This document shows positions 35,101-47,100 of a DNA stretch of 64,000 nucleotides, piece by piece. Made by a program: the position numbers and the translations under genes. Positions within the stretch are counted from its first letter, which is position 1, and every line of letters begins with the position of its first letter. The notes under the pieces were generated by a model. The model had not been told where the DNA came from and ran no database searches. It saw nothing but the letters and a program-made list of their open reading frames with translations. Origin of the DNA: Malacoraja senta (lineage: Eukaryota); contig CM075993.1 of the NCBI GenBank assembly GCA_038087875.1, forward strand, positions 248,001-312,000, read 5' to 3'.

Positions 35101-38100
35101 CCCTAACCCACTCCTAACCCTAACCCACTCCTAACCCTAACCCACTCCTAACCATAACCCACTCCTAACCATAACCCACTCCTAACCCTAACCCACTACC
35201 AACCCACCCATAATCCCAACCCACCCCGAACCCTAACCCACCCCTAACCCGTTCCTAACCCACCCCTAAACTAACCCTAACACACCCATAACCCAATCCC
35301 AACCTGCCTCTTTGGCAGCCTTTTGGGCCATGGAGCAATCTGAGTGAATGTGCAGATTGGGCGCAGTGGCTCCTGGTTGGCCGTTCATCAGCTCGCCAGG
35401 GGGGTTTGGGCCACTAAGGTTGTGCCCTGACAACCTGCTACCAGGGAGGGAAGCGGTCTCTGTACAACTTGCCCCTAACACTGGCCTTCCTCTCTCCTAG
35501 ATCTGCCTGGTCATCGCACATTACTCACAGCCCAAAGATCTCCGGCTGCTCTTCGGCTTTGCGTTTGCCAGGGAGCAGAGCCAGGATTCGGGTAAGACGG
35601 GAATTCTGCAGCCGCCTGCCCACTGGTGCTCACTGGATCTTGTAGTCACAGTGGGTGCAGATGTGGAGGTACAGGGTTACCGAGGTATCAGGAGGGGACA
35701 CAGTGCTAGAGTAACTCAGCGGGTCGGGCAGCATCCCTGGAGAACACTGATCTGTTTGAAGAAGGACCCAACCTGAAATGTCACCTTTCCATGTTTTCCA
35801 CAGATGCTGCCTGACCCGCTGAGTTACTCCAGCACTCTGTGAAACGTCACCTATCCATGTTCTCCAGAGATGCTGCCTGACCCGCTGAGTTACTCCAGCA
35901 CTCTGTGAAACGTCACCGATCCATGTTCTCCAGAGATGCTGCCTGACCCGCTGAGTTACTCCAGCACTCTGTGAAACGTCACCTATCCATGTTCTCCACA
36001 GATGCTGCCTGACCCGCTGAGTTACTCCAGCACTCTGTGAAACGTCACCTATCCATGTTCTCCAGAGATGCTGCCTGACCCGCTGAGTTACTCCAGCACT
36101 TTGTGTCTTTCCTACAGCATCTGCACATCTTTGTTTTTGCACCAGGACAGAATTAGATCCATACACTGAAGGAAAATTTACAAGCGTACGCATAAGGGCT
36201 GGGGTGGCACGAGAGAGACAGGGAGAAAGCAGTGCTCATACTCAGTAGATGAACAGAAGCTGTAAGTCACTTGGCCACTGATGGATACGAGGAAGAGGGA
36301 AATGCTGCCATCTGTAGAGTGAGAGTGATCCTGGGACGGGGAGACCACAGACTGATATTCTGCTGGATTACACTCTCAGCTGCTGCCTGCCTCTGTCCCA
36401 GTGTGGAGGGGTAGCATCACTAACCGTCCTCTCCCTGTTAGCTGACAGAGTGAACGGCCCTGACTCCGGATGGCAGACACCACTGTTTGAAACCTACGCA
36501 GACTGGGACAGGGAGATCAAGCGGACCGGGGCTTCTGAGTGGAGGGTCTCTTCTGTCAATGAGAACTACACCACTTCCACCAGGTGGGGAAGGGGGGGCA
36601 GGTGGGGATGGGGAGGGGTTGGGGAACGGGGGCGGGTGTGGATGGGGGGGCAGGTGGGGATGGGTGGGCGGGTGGGGAGGGGGTGGGGAAGGGGGGCGGG
36701 TGGGGATGGGGGGACTGGTGGGGATGGGGAGGGGTTGGGGGGCGGGTGGGGAAGGGGGGCGGGTGGGGGAGGGCTTGGGGAACGGGGACGGGTGTGGATG
36801 GGGGGCAGGTGGGGAGGGGGTGGGGATGGGGGGGCGGGTGAGGAACTTTAGCAGGGAGGGAACTACACCATATGTACCAGGTGAGGAGTCAGTATGGATG
36901 TGGAAGCGTCTCATGGGATTTAGTTGTAGTTAAGGAGGTGTGAAGGAAGATAAATCTGCCGGGCCTGATCAGATATATCAGGATGCTGTGTGAGGCTAGA
37001 GATGAAATTACAGGAGCCCTGAGTGAGGTTTAAGAATCATCATTAGACACAGGTGAGGTGCTGGATGACTGGAGGGTAGCTGATGTTGTGCCTCTACACA
37101 AGAAGATCTGCAGGGAACAGCCTGCGAACTATAGAGCAGTGAGCCCAACATCTGTGGGAGGCAAGTTACTGGAGAGGATTCTGAGGGATAATAATATATA
37201 TATGTATTTGGATGGACAGGCTGATTAGGGATAGTCAGCATAGTTTTGTATGTGCGAGATTGTGATTTACAAGACATTTAATAGATTCCACAAAGGCTCT
37301 TGGTACTTTGGCCTTCTTCATCAATTAGGGTAATGAGGTTGGGATGTTATGTTACAGGTGTACGATGTTAGTGAGCCCACACTTGGTGTACAGTGTTCAG
37401 TTCCAGCTACAGGAAGAATGTCATTAAGCTGGAAAGAGTGCAAAGATTTATGAGGATGTTGCCAGGACTTGAGGTGCTGAGCTACAGAGAGGTTGAGCAG
37501 GCTAGGACTTTGTTCCTTTGAGCGCAGGAGGATGAGGGGTGAGAGGTGTATATGATTGTGAGAGAAATAGATAGGGTGAATGCATAGTCTTTTACCCAGG
37601 GTAGGGAAATTAAACATATGTTTAAGGTGAGTGGGGCAAGAGTACGAACCTGAGGGACAACTTCTTCACACACAGGGTGGTGGGTATATGGAACGAGCTG
37701 TCAGGGGAGGTAGTTGAGGCTGGTACCATAACAACATTTAAAAGGCACATAGACAAGTACATGATAGGAAAGAGTTAGAGGGACATGGGTCAAACGCAGG
37801 CAGGTGGGAGAGGTGTAGATGGAGCATGTTGGTGTGGATGAGTTGGGCAAAGGCCCTGTTTATACACGCTGTGACTATGACTCTGTCATTTGCAGTCTTC
37901 CAGAATACTTTGTTGTTCCGTCATCCTTGGCCGATGAAGACTTGAAACAACTGGCTCCTTCTTTCAATGGAGCTCGTATCCCAGTGAGTGTGGTCCTTAT
38001 TTACAGTTTTGGAGACTATGAACGGGCGCCACAATCAGATCCAGTACAGTGTGTGACCAACATCATCTGTAACTGCACCACCGTTCAGTTTGAGCCAGAG

Positions 38101-41100
38101 AACAGTCCTGTATCGTGGTTTCTTGGCACAGCAGGTAGTGCAGCTGTCCCACAGCCACAGTGGCCCAGGTTTGACCCTGACGTCTGGTGTGTGCGTTCTC
38201 CCTGTGAGGGTGGGTTTTATCGAGAGCTCCAGTTTCCTCTCTCACCACATACGTGTTGGTTGGGAAGTTACTGGTGGCAGTGCAGGAGTGCCTGTATGTT
38301 GATGTGTGTGTGTGGGGGGGGGGGGGGGGGGGGTGGGGAGATGGTGACAGGAATGGGAGCGCTGGGCATTCTGAGAGTGCCACGGACTAAACCAGCTTCA
38401 GGCTGTTACTTGAGAAAGACGAAGTGTGAAGATATGTCTGGACTGCAGACTGGGGTGGGTGTCTAGCCAGCGAGACAGGCGGCACCGGGATGGGAAGGAA
38501 CCTTTGTCCTGCTGACACTGGTGGTGTGAGCTCTGCCCAAACAATCCCTTCCTTATGTAACGAGAAAATCATTTACAACACAATTGCTGAACCAGCAAAG
38601 CCGTCCAGGTGCGGTGATATCCACCTACACACACAGGTGACCATGTGGTGATTAGAAGGAGCAGTGTTTGTGATGGAGGGGAAGGCTGATGTTTCCGCTT
38701 GCTCTGTTGCAGATGTGGTGTTGGCATCATTGGACAGGCTGTGCCCTGGTGCGTATGGCCAACATTAAACCAGGCATGCACCTGCGGAAACACGATAGAA
38801 GGTAGGGAGCTGGCGTTGTCACTGCTAGTTGTGTGTCACAGTCCGCCCCCACCCTCCCTGTCCATCCCCACCCACCCTGTCCGTCCCCACCCACCCTGTC
38901 TGTCCCCACCCTCCCTGTCCGTCCCCACCCTCCCTGTCCGTCCCCACCCTCCCTGTCCACCTCCACCTCTCACACCCTGGACCTCGAACGTCAGCTGATT
39001 ACGAACACATGAGAGATCTGGATTTTAAAAAACAACACTGGAGGAACTCAGTGAGTCAGGCAAGAGGGGAGGTCTGAATCAGGATTGGATGATCCGGATG
39101 CAGGGCCTCAACCCAAAACGTCAACCGTTTCTTTGTTTCCACAGATGCAGCCTGACTCGCTGAGTTCCTGCAGCCCTTTTTCTTCAACAGCTGATTATTC
39201 AGCCTTGCCTCACAATGGAGGCAATTCATGTGTCTCCCTTTACCAACACGCTAATCTGGCCAACTCGCCATGAAAGCTTTATTCAAGAAAGTGCTGTCTC
39301 CCTGGGGTACAGTCCCTGAAGGTGTGAGTCTCCCTGGAGTACAGTCCCTGAAGGTGTGACTCTACCTGGGGTACAGTCGCTGAAGGTGTGACTCTACCTG
39401 GGGTACAGTCCCTGAAGGTGTGAGTCTCCCTGGGGTACAGTCGCTGAAGGTGTGAGTCTACCTGGGGTACAGTCCCTGAAGGTGTGACTCTACCTGGGGT
39501 ACAGTCGCTGAAGGTGTGACTCTACCTGGGGTACAGTCCCTGAAGGTGTGAGTCTCCCTGGGGTACAGTCCCTGAAGGTGTGAGTCTACCTGGGGTACAG
39601 TCCCTGATGTGACTCATTGCGCTTTGTCAATGAACCTTTCTTTTAGGATCCTGCAGGCGATCGCCCAGAGTCATCCGGAGAAGAGCGGGGTCTTTAAATC
39701 GGATCTGGACAAGAGTTTACCCAGAGTGCTGGAGGTGCAGGCTGCACTGGTCAGGCTAAAGCAGCTGTGTATCAATGGTGAGCTGTGATTCCAACCAGTG
39801 GCGGAAATGCCGGGGGGGGGCCAGGGAACACACGTCCCCCCTCTGTTTTGAGAGGTGGGGGACGACACCCCCCCCCCCCCCCTCATTTTATGTAATACGG
39901 ATCTTAAAATACGGATGAAAAGCGGTGAAATCTCCGCTTTCCGCAAGACAGTGGGGGTGTGACTGCTGATCAAGGGCGCCGATTGGACGAGAGAGACGTC
40001 GGTCAGCAGGCAATGGGGGCGGGACATGATTCAGCGTGATGTTTGGAGGAGGGAGGTGTCGGTCTGAGGCGGAAGTAGGGGGGTGGGTCCTGAGGATAAA
40101 GTGCGGTGATTGGAGGAGGGAGACGTGCCAGGTCATAGGGTCACAACGGCAGCCCTGGACACCTAAGATCCTATAGCAATCTCTGCTATATGATCTTTGC
40201 TGGACATAGACTTGCGCCTCATCTGCAGCCAGGATCGAGCCCGGCCGGCTCTCTGGCGCTGCAATCACTGCTGACCCGCCACTGGACCATCCCCATCCCC
40301 ACCCGAGTGCCTCTCCCCCCCACGCCCGGGGGTGGCCAGAGACGTTGGGAGTCAGACGGGAGCGGTGCCCCCAGGCCTACAGCCAGCGCGGAGAAGCAGC
40401 GCTAAACCCAGCTCAACTCTGCCTGTCCCGCCAGGTTAACCTACAGTCCAGCCCTGCCTGGACTTACGGGAAATATGGCCCAGGCTTACAGCCAGCGCGG
40501 AGACGCAGCGCTAGCTCCAGGGCTCCGGACTGGTGTCCAGGCAGGGCTGTATGGTTAACCCGGCGGGACAGGCAGAGCTGAGCTGCATTTAGTGCTGGAT
40601 TGAGTTGAAATTGCCGTTCACAGGGCCCACAGCTGAAGCCTCCAAAGCCTCGCGCGCGCGCGTGTGTGTGTGTGAGCGCAACAGAAATTGTGTCCCCCGG
40701 TCCCCTCCATATTTTGATAGCGATTTCCGTCACTGATTCCAACCACCCCCTTACATTGCAGCCTCTGTTTAACGTCACCCATCCCACCAAGGCTTTGGGT
40801 AATTGTGAGTTGTGGTGAGTTTGGTTTCTGTGAGTCCTTACACCTTTTGTGTGTTCTCCTGGTGGTGACTGCTTGCCCTGAGATAGTTGGACCTGTTGTC
40901 CCTCAGACATGTGCTGGGTGGTTCACAGCTACTGACTAATTAGTGTCGGAGAATGAGCCACCATGGTTACTACACAGCTACCGACACAATTCTTTCCAAC
41001 CCTACTTGCCGTTGAGAAAGTGGGGGTGAGATTCCACCTTCTTGAACCACTGCCGTCGTTCTAGTGAAGGAACTTTACTGGGTAGTAATAACCAAGTCAG

Positions 41101-44100
41101 TCTGGGGTGTGACTGGCAGGAATGTTGCTTGTGCTGGCTGCCCCGTCCATGTAATTGTATCAAATGTAATCTTTCGCATTTAGATTCATTTGAAGAAACA
41201 GAAGAGAAGTGGCTGTCGTCTCTGGAGAACACACGGTGGTTGGAATATGTCAGGTGAGCAGGGGGGAGGGGGATGTGGGGGGGGAGAGGGTGTGGGCGAT
41301 CCACGCCCCTCTCCCCTACGCTGCTGTCTTTCCCACCTCCACACCGCTCTCCCCACACCGCCCCCCTCTCCCCCACACCCCTCTCTCCCCACACCACTCT
41401 CTCCCCCACACCGCTCTCCCCACCCCCACACCCCTCTCCCCCACACCACTCTCCCACACCGCTCTCTCCCCCACCGCCCCCTCTCCCACACACCACTCTC
41501 TCCCCCACACTGTTCTCTCCCCCACACCGGTCTCTCCCCCACACTGCTCTCTCCCCCACACCGCTCTCTCCCCCACACCACCCCCCCTCTCCCCCACCCC
41601 CCTCTCCCCCACACACCCCCCTCTCCCCCACACCACCCCTCTCTCCCCCACACCCCTCTCTCCCCCACACCCCTCTCTCCCCCACACCACCCCCCTCTCC
41701 CCCACACATCCCCCACACCACCCCCTCTCCCCCACACACCCCCCTCTATCCCCACACCGTTCTCTCCCCCACACCCCTCTCTCCCCACACCGCTCCCCTC
41801 TCCCCCACACCACCCCCTCTCTCCCACACCACCCCCCTCTCCCCCACACCACACCCCTCTCCCCCACACACCGCTCTCTCCCCCACACCCCCTCTCTCCC
41901 CCCACACCGCTCTCTCCCCCACACCCCCCTCTCCCCCACACCACCCCCCCTCTCCCCCCACACCACCCCCCTCTCCCCCACACCGCACCCCTCTCCCCAC
42001 ACACCGCTCTCTCCCCCCACACCCCTCTCTCCCCCACACTGCTCTCTCCCCCCAGCATCCACAGGCCTGTCTGATCGGGTGCTTTGTCGTGCCAGCAACA
42101 TGTCTGCATCTGTCCACAGACTGTTCCTCAAACACTCAGCTGAGCTCACCCAGTGGTTGTACAACAAGAATATTTCTGTCATCCTTCAAGGTAAGTTGTA
42201 CATTGTTGTAGTTAATAGCGTATGGAATCGTTGTGGGAATTGGGGACTGGTTCCTGAGTCGGATAATTGTGTTGGATAATTGTGATGCCAGCAACTCAAC
42301 ATTGAATGGAGCTGTTTTCAGGCCACGGGAAGTTTTATTTGGACTTTATCAGACTTTATATTTAGAGTTATAGTTTTGCACAATACCCTTCATTCTTTAT
42401 CTTTATCTGAACACTGTGGGTGGCTTATGGGATTCACATAGTATTTTTCTTTGGATAACACGCAAACTAAAGTTTTTTCACTGTACCCTCGGTACACATG
42501 ACAATAATAAATTAACCTAAACCAAAGGTAGGATGCTTTCAAAAGTGAGTAGGCAAGAGTTCAGGGCCAACATATTCCTGTCAGAGTGAAGGGTAATGCT
42601 GGCGAGACTGAGGAACTCTGGCTGACAAGTGATATTGAGGTTCTGGACAGAAAAACAGTGTGTGCGTGTGAGGTAGGTGTGATGTGAGGTGTGTGAGTGT
42701 GTGTGAGGTAGGTGTGCGTGGTGTGAGGTAGGTGTGCGTGTGAGATAGGTGTGATGTGAGGTAGGTGTGCGTGTGTGGTAGGTGTGCGTGTGTGTGTGAG
42801 GTAGGTGTGTGTGAGATAGGTGTGATGTGAGGTAGGTGTGCGTGGTGAGGTGTGCGTGTGAGATAGGTGTGATGTGAGGTAGGTGTGCGTGATGTGAGGT
42901 AGGTGTGTGTGAGGTAGGTGTGCGTGCGTGTGGTGAGGTGTGTGCGTGTGAGATAGGTGTGATGTGAGGTAGGTGTGCGTGTGAGGTAGGTGTGATGTGA
43001 GGTAGGTGTGCGTGAGGTGTGTGTGTGAGGTGTATCAGCTGTGGGTGGGGAGGGGAGGAAGTGTGTGAGTAAGTGCTGTTACAGAGACTGTTCGTTCGGC
43101 AGAGGAGGAGGGGAGAGACCTGAGCTGCGTGGTTGCCTCCGTCATGCAGTTGATGTTGGACCCGCATTTCCGCACCACCCGGGGCTTCCAGAGCCTGGTG
43201 CAGAAGGAGTGGGTGGCAGCTGGTCATCGCTTCCTGGACCGCTGTAACCATCTCGGCCACTCGGACAAGGAGGAGGTGAGTATCACGTTGGCGTTGAGGC
43301 AGTGTGCAGATCCCCACATGGGAGAGGCTGTGAAACAGACAGATCACTAGCACTGAATCAGCAGCAAACAGCGTCTGGGAACATCAGTGGACAATAGATA
43401 GAGGAGTAGGCCATTCGGCCCTTCGAGCCAGCACCGCAATTCACTGTGATCTTGGAGGGGTGAGGCACAGAGCTGGCTGGGCTGCGAGCAGTGTTCGGTT
43501 ACACGGGTGAGCTGCCACAGCTGATGTGGACCAGTACGTTGCAGTTAGTCTTCACCCCCTTATCTCACCAACTGGGCGATAATGTACGGCATGTTTGGTG
43601 GGCCCTGAGAGAAGACCAGCGGCAAATATAAAAGGCAATCCAAAAATATTCTGTAGACATGTGAATGGGTAAAGAGGTTTCAGAGGAGATGAGATTGGTC
43701 AGGAGCCCGAAGGGAAATATATTTGTGGAAGCAAAGGGTGACAGAGTACAGTTGTAACTGACTTGTAACACAGTATGGTTGTAACAGAGTACTTCTCATC
43801 AGAGAGGGTAATGCTGTGAAGGGCAGAGCTGCTGCTGGGATCTCGATGAAAGATGTAGCTGAGATTCTGACGTGGCCAACATTGGCTGCTGGGTGACTGA
43901 GTTCCCTGCCCCATGGGACTGAGGGAGGGGAGAGCTGAGAGCCTGACCAGCATCACACAAACATGCCTGAGGATTGGAACATCACTGGTCTGACTGTACA
44001 CACTTGTCTGTTGCCACAGAGTCGTCAGTTCAATCTTAGTGACGGAAAATTCCAGCACAATTATCAGTCACTTGGACATGTGGGTTGATTAGAGAATGCC

Positions 44101-47100
44101 AATGCGGACTAGATAAATACCACTTGTGGCAAACTGAAGGACGATGAGAAAATGAAGCTAATGTGATATACTTGGACTCACAAAAGTCATTTGATAAATT
44201 GCTCTCGGAATGGCTTGTCAAAAATGGAAGGCAATGGATGAACAGGAGTGGTGTCGCACGGATAGAAACAGACGATATAGGAGAGGGGATGGGGAAGGTC
44301 ATTTCACAGTTTGCAGCGAGTGGCAACGGTCAGATGGCAGAGAGTGGCAGCAGTCAAATTGTAGGGAGTAGCAGCAGTCAGATTGCAGCGGTCAGTTTGC
44401 AGCAAGTGGCAGCGGTCAGATTGTAGGGAGTAGCAGCGGTCAGATGGCAGCGAGGCAGCGGTCAGATGGCAACGAGTGGCAGCGGTCAGATTATAGGGAG
44501 TAGCAGCGGTCAGATGGCAGGGATTGCCGACGGTCAGATGGCAGGGGTGGCACCGGTCAGTACCCAGGCCAACTCCTCGGTTGTGCTGCAGCAAGTAAGA
44601 ATTTCATTGTTCGATCTGGGACATATGACAATAAAACACATTTGGCTCAAATTCACTGGTGAGTTGGAGTCTGATGCACAGGGCATTGCCTCCAAACTAG
44701 CCGATGACAAAATATGTGGAGACGTAACGGACTAAGACAACGACAGCAAAGAGATGAATAGACTGGCTGTGGACTGGGCAGGGAAGTGGCTGGTGGAAGT
44801 TAATGCTGAGAATTGTAAGCAAGAGGGAGCAGAGGCAAGGTGATGGGAAGCCAATGATAGATGTGGATCAAGGGGTCCCAACCTGGGGTCAATTTACCCC
44901 CAGGGGGTCAATTTGTTGATTCTGGATTTGTACATATTTTTTCTCATTGACTGACTGTTTGGTTCTGGTATACCGGTATCTGTTCATTAGTTGTTCATAA
45001 ATAAGTGAAATAACATTGTTACATGCTATTAAAGTTGCCAGAGTTAAACGGGACGAAAAGGGTTGGGAACCCCTGATGTAGATGAATGACAACAGCAGGT
45101 GGGAGGGCAGAGAGGTCGAGAGGCTTATGGACACCCTGGGATTTATTCATTTATCAGCAGGTTTTTATGAGCGAATGCACTTGCACAGATATAACAGAGA
45201 AGCGGAGGCTGTTTTCTGTGACTTTGTGTGACCAGGATGATTATTGTACATTCTGTTTGTATTCCTTTGCTCAATAAGTTATTGATGTTTGTATAACGTC
45301 TTTGGCTGCACAGGGCGATGAGACAGTTGACATTGCCAATGTCTACCAGCAGTGCGACAGTGTCAGGGTGACGGGGTGTCTATGTACCACAGTGTGTCTG
45401 TGTACCAGTGTGTCTGTGTACCAGTGTGTCTATGTACCACAATGTGTCTATGTACCAGTGTGTCTATGTACCAGTGTGTCTGTGTACCACAGTGTGTCTA
45501 TGTACCAGTGTGTCTATGTACCAGTGTGTCTATGTACCAGTGTGTCTATGTACCACAGTGTGTCTATGTACCACAGTGTGTCTATGTACCAGTGTGTCTG
45601 TGTACCACAGTGTGTCTATGTACCAGTGTGTCTATGTACCAGTGTGTCTGTGTACCACAGTGTGTCTATGTACCACAGTGTGTCTATGTACCACAGTGTG
45701 TCTATGTACCACAGTGTGTCTATGTACCACAGTGTGTCTATGTACCAGTGTGTCTGTGTACCACAGTGTGTCTATGTACCAGTGTGTCTGTGTACCACAG
45801 TGTGTCTATGTACCAGTGTGTCTGTGTACCACAGTGTGTCTATGTACCAGTGTGTCTGTGTACCACAGTGTCTATGTACCAGTGTGTCTGTGTACCACAG
45901 TGTGTCTATGTACCAGTGTGTCTGTGTACCACAGTGTGTCTAAGTACCAGTGTGTCTATGTACCAGTGTGTCTATGTACCAGTGTGTCTGTGTACCACAG
46001 TGTCAGCGTGACCGGGTGTCTCTGTACCGCAGTGTCCTCTGTTCCTGCTCTTCTTGGACTGTGTGTGGCAGTTACTGCAGCAGTTCCCAGCTGCCTTTGA
46101 GTTCACCGAGACGTACCTGACCGTGTTGTACGACAGCACAAGGATCTCCCTGTTTGGCACCTTCCTCTTCAACAGCCACCACCAGAAGGTGCAGCAGAGC
46201 CAGGTGAGTGCTGTGTGTGTTGGCCACCCTCCCTCCCTAACCCCTCCCTCCTGCCTGTGGGAGGCCAGATGTTGCTGACTGGGAGATGTGCTCTTTCCCT
46301 CAGTTACTGCCTGTCCCCGGAATGAGCCCAGCTCCTGGGAGATGGTCCATCTACCGACGCTCTACCCAACTCTCCACCTCACCTATCGGCTTGGACCGCT
46401 GTCAGCAGCAATGGCAGCCTTGTGTCATTGCAAACTGTCACATTATACCGGCAACATTCACATCTAAGATGTTAACGGATATCACAAACGGAGTCCCAGC
46501 ATTGACCCCTGTGGCTCATCACTCACTCTCACACACTTCTGATCAGAAAAATCATCCTTCCACCACTCCTGGCACCAAGCCAACTTTGGATCCAATTCAC
46601 CAGCTCATCCTGAGAGTTTTAACCTCCTGGACCTGTCTCAGGTTCTGTCACGTTAATGAGACGGGATTTCCCTGCAGGAACTGCAACTCTTTCAGATCAG
46701 TTCTTGTCTTTCCAAATGATGTACCTTTTGTCGCGAAGAATTTTCACCAATAATTTCCTTACCTTTGGACAGCCTGTAGTTCTCTTGCTCCCCGCTGCCC
46801 TTAAATAAAGGAACAACGGTAGTTATCCTCCAGATACCATCATGGCGTTTAAAAGGCTTTTTGATCGGGACAAGGATATGTATCACGTGCAAGCAGAGAT
46901 TAATTTAACCTGGCATTAATGTTGGCACGGATATCATGGGCTAAAGGGCCTGTACTGTTCTATGTTCTATTTGTGCTGTTCAGCAACAATTGTTTGCAGT
47001 GTGATCATTGTATTTAATCTAATTCTCTGCAGGATTTAGCCTCCAATGGGAGTCTCCAGTGTGAAGGGAAGTGCCTGGAGCTGCCGCCAGTGTGGAACTG

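Larger units (their letters stand above)
28766..35863. repeat. Copy 2 of the MTMR10 5' duplication
   Basis: Near-identical to 21101-28565. Confidence 0.97.

Noticed and set aside
35630-36193. ORF with a 22-aa repeat and CRISPR-like periodicity
   Set aside because: Head-to-tail 66-bp repeat with no unique spacers, in a eukaryotic intron.
39296-39607. 32-bp repeats of CRISPR-like length
   Set aside because: No spacers and no cas genes; it is a minisatellite.
41002-42279. Several long overlapping ORFs in both directions
   Set aside because: Artefacts of a C-rich minisatellite lacking stop codons.
43103-43130. Loss of the phosphatase CX5R motif as a novel inactivation
   Set aside because: MTMR10 is a known catalytically dead myotubularin; EEEGRDLS is the normal sequence.
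45302-46100. Cys-rich ORFs resembling keratin-associated or metallothionein-like proteins
   Set aside because: All three frames are open because of the 16/18-bp repeat; intronic, with no gene context.
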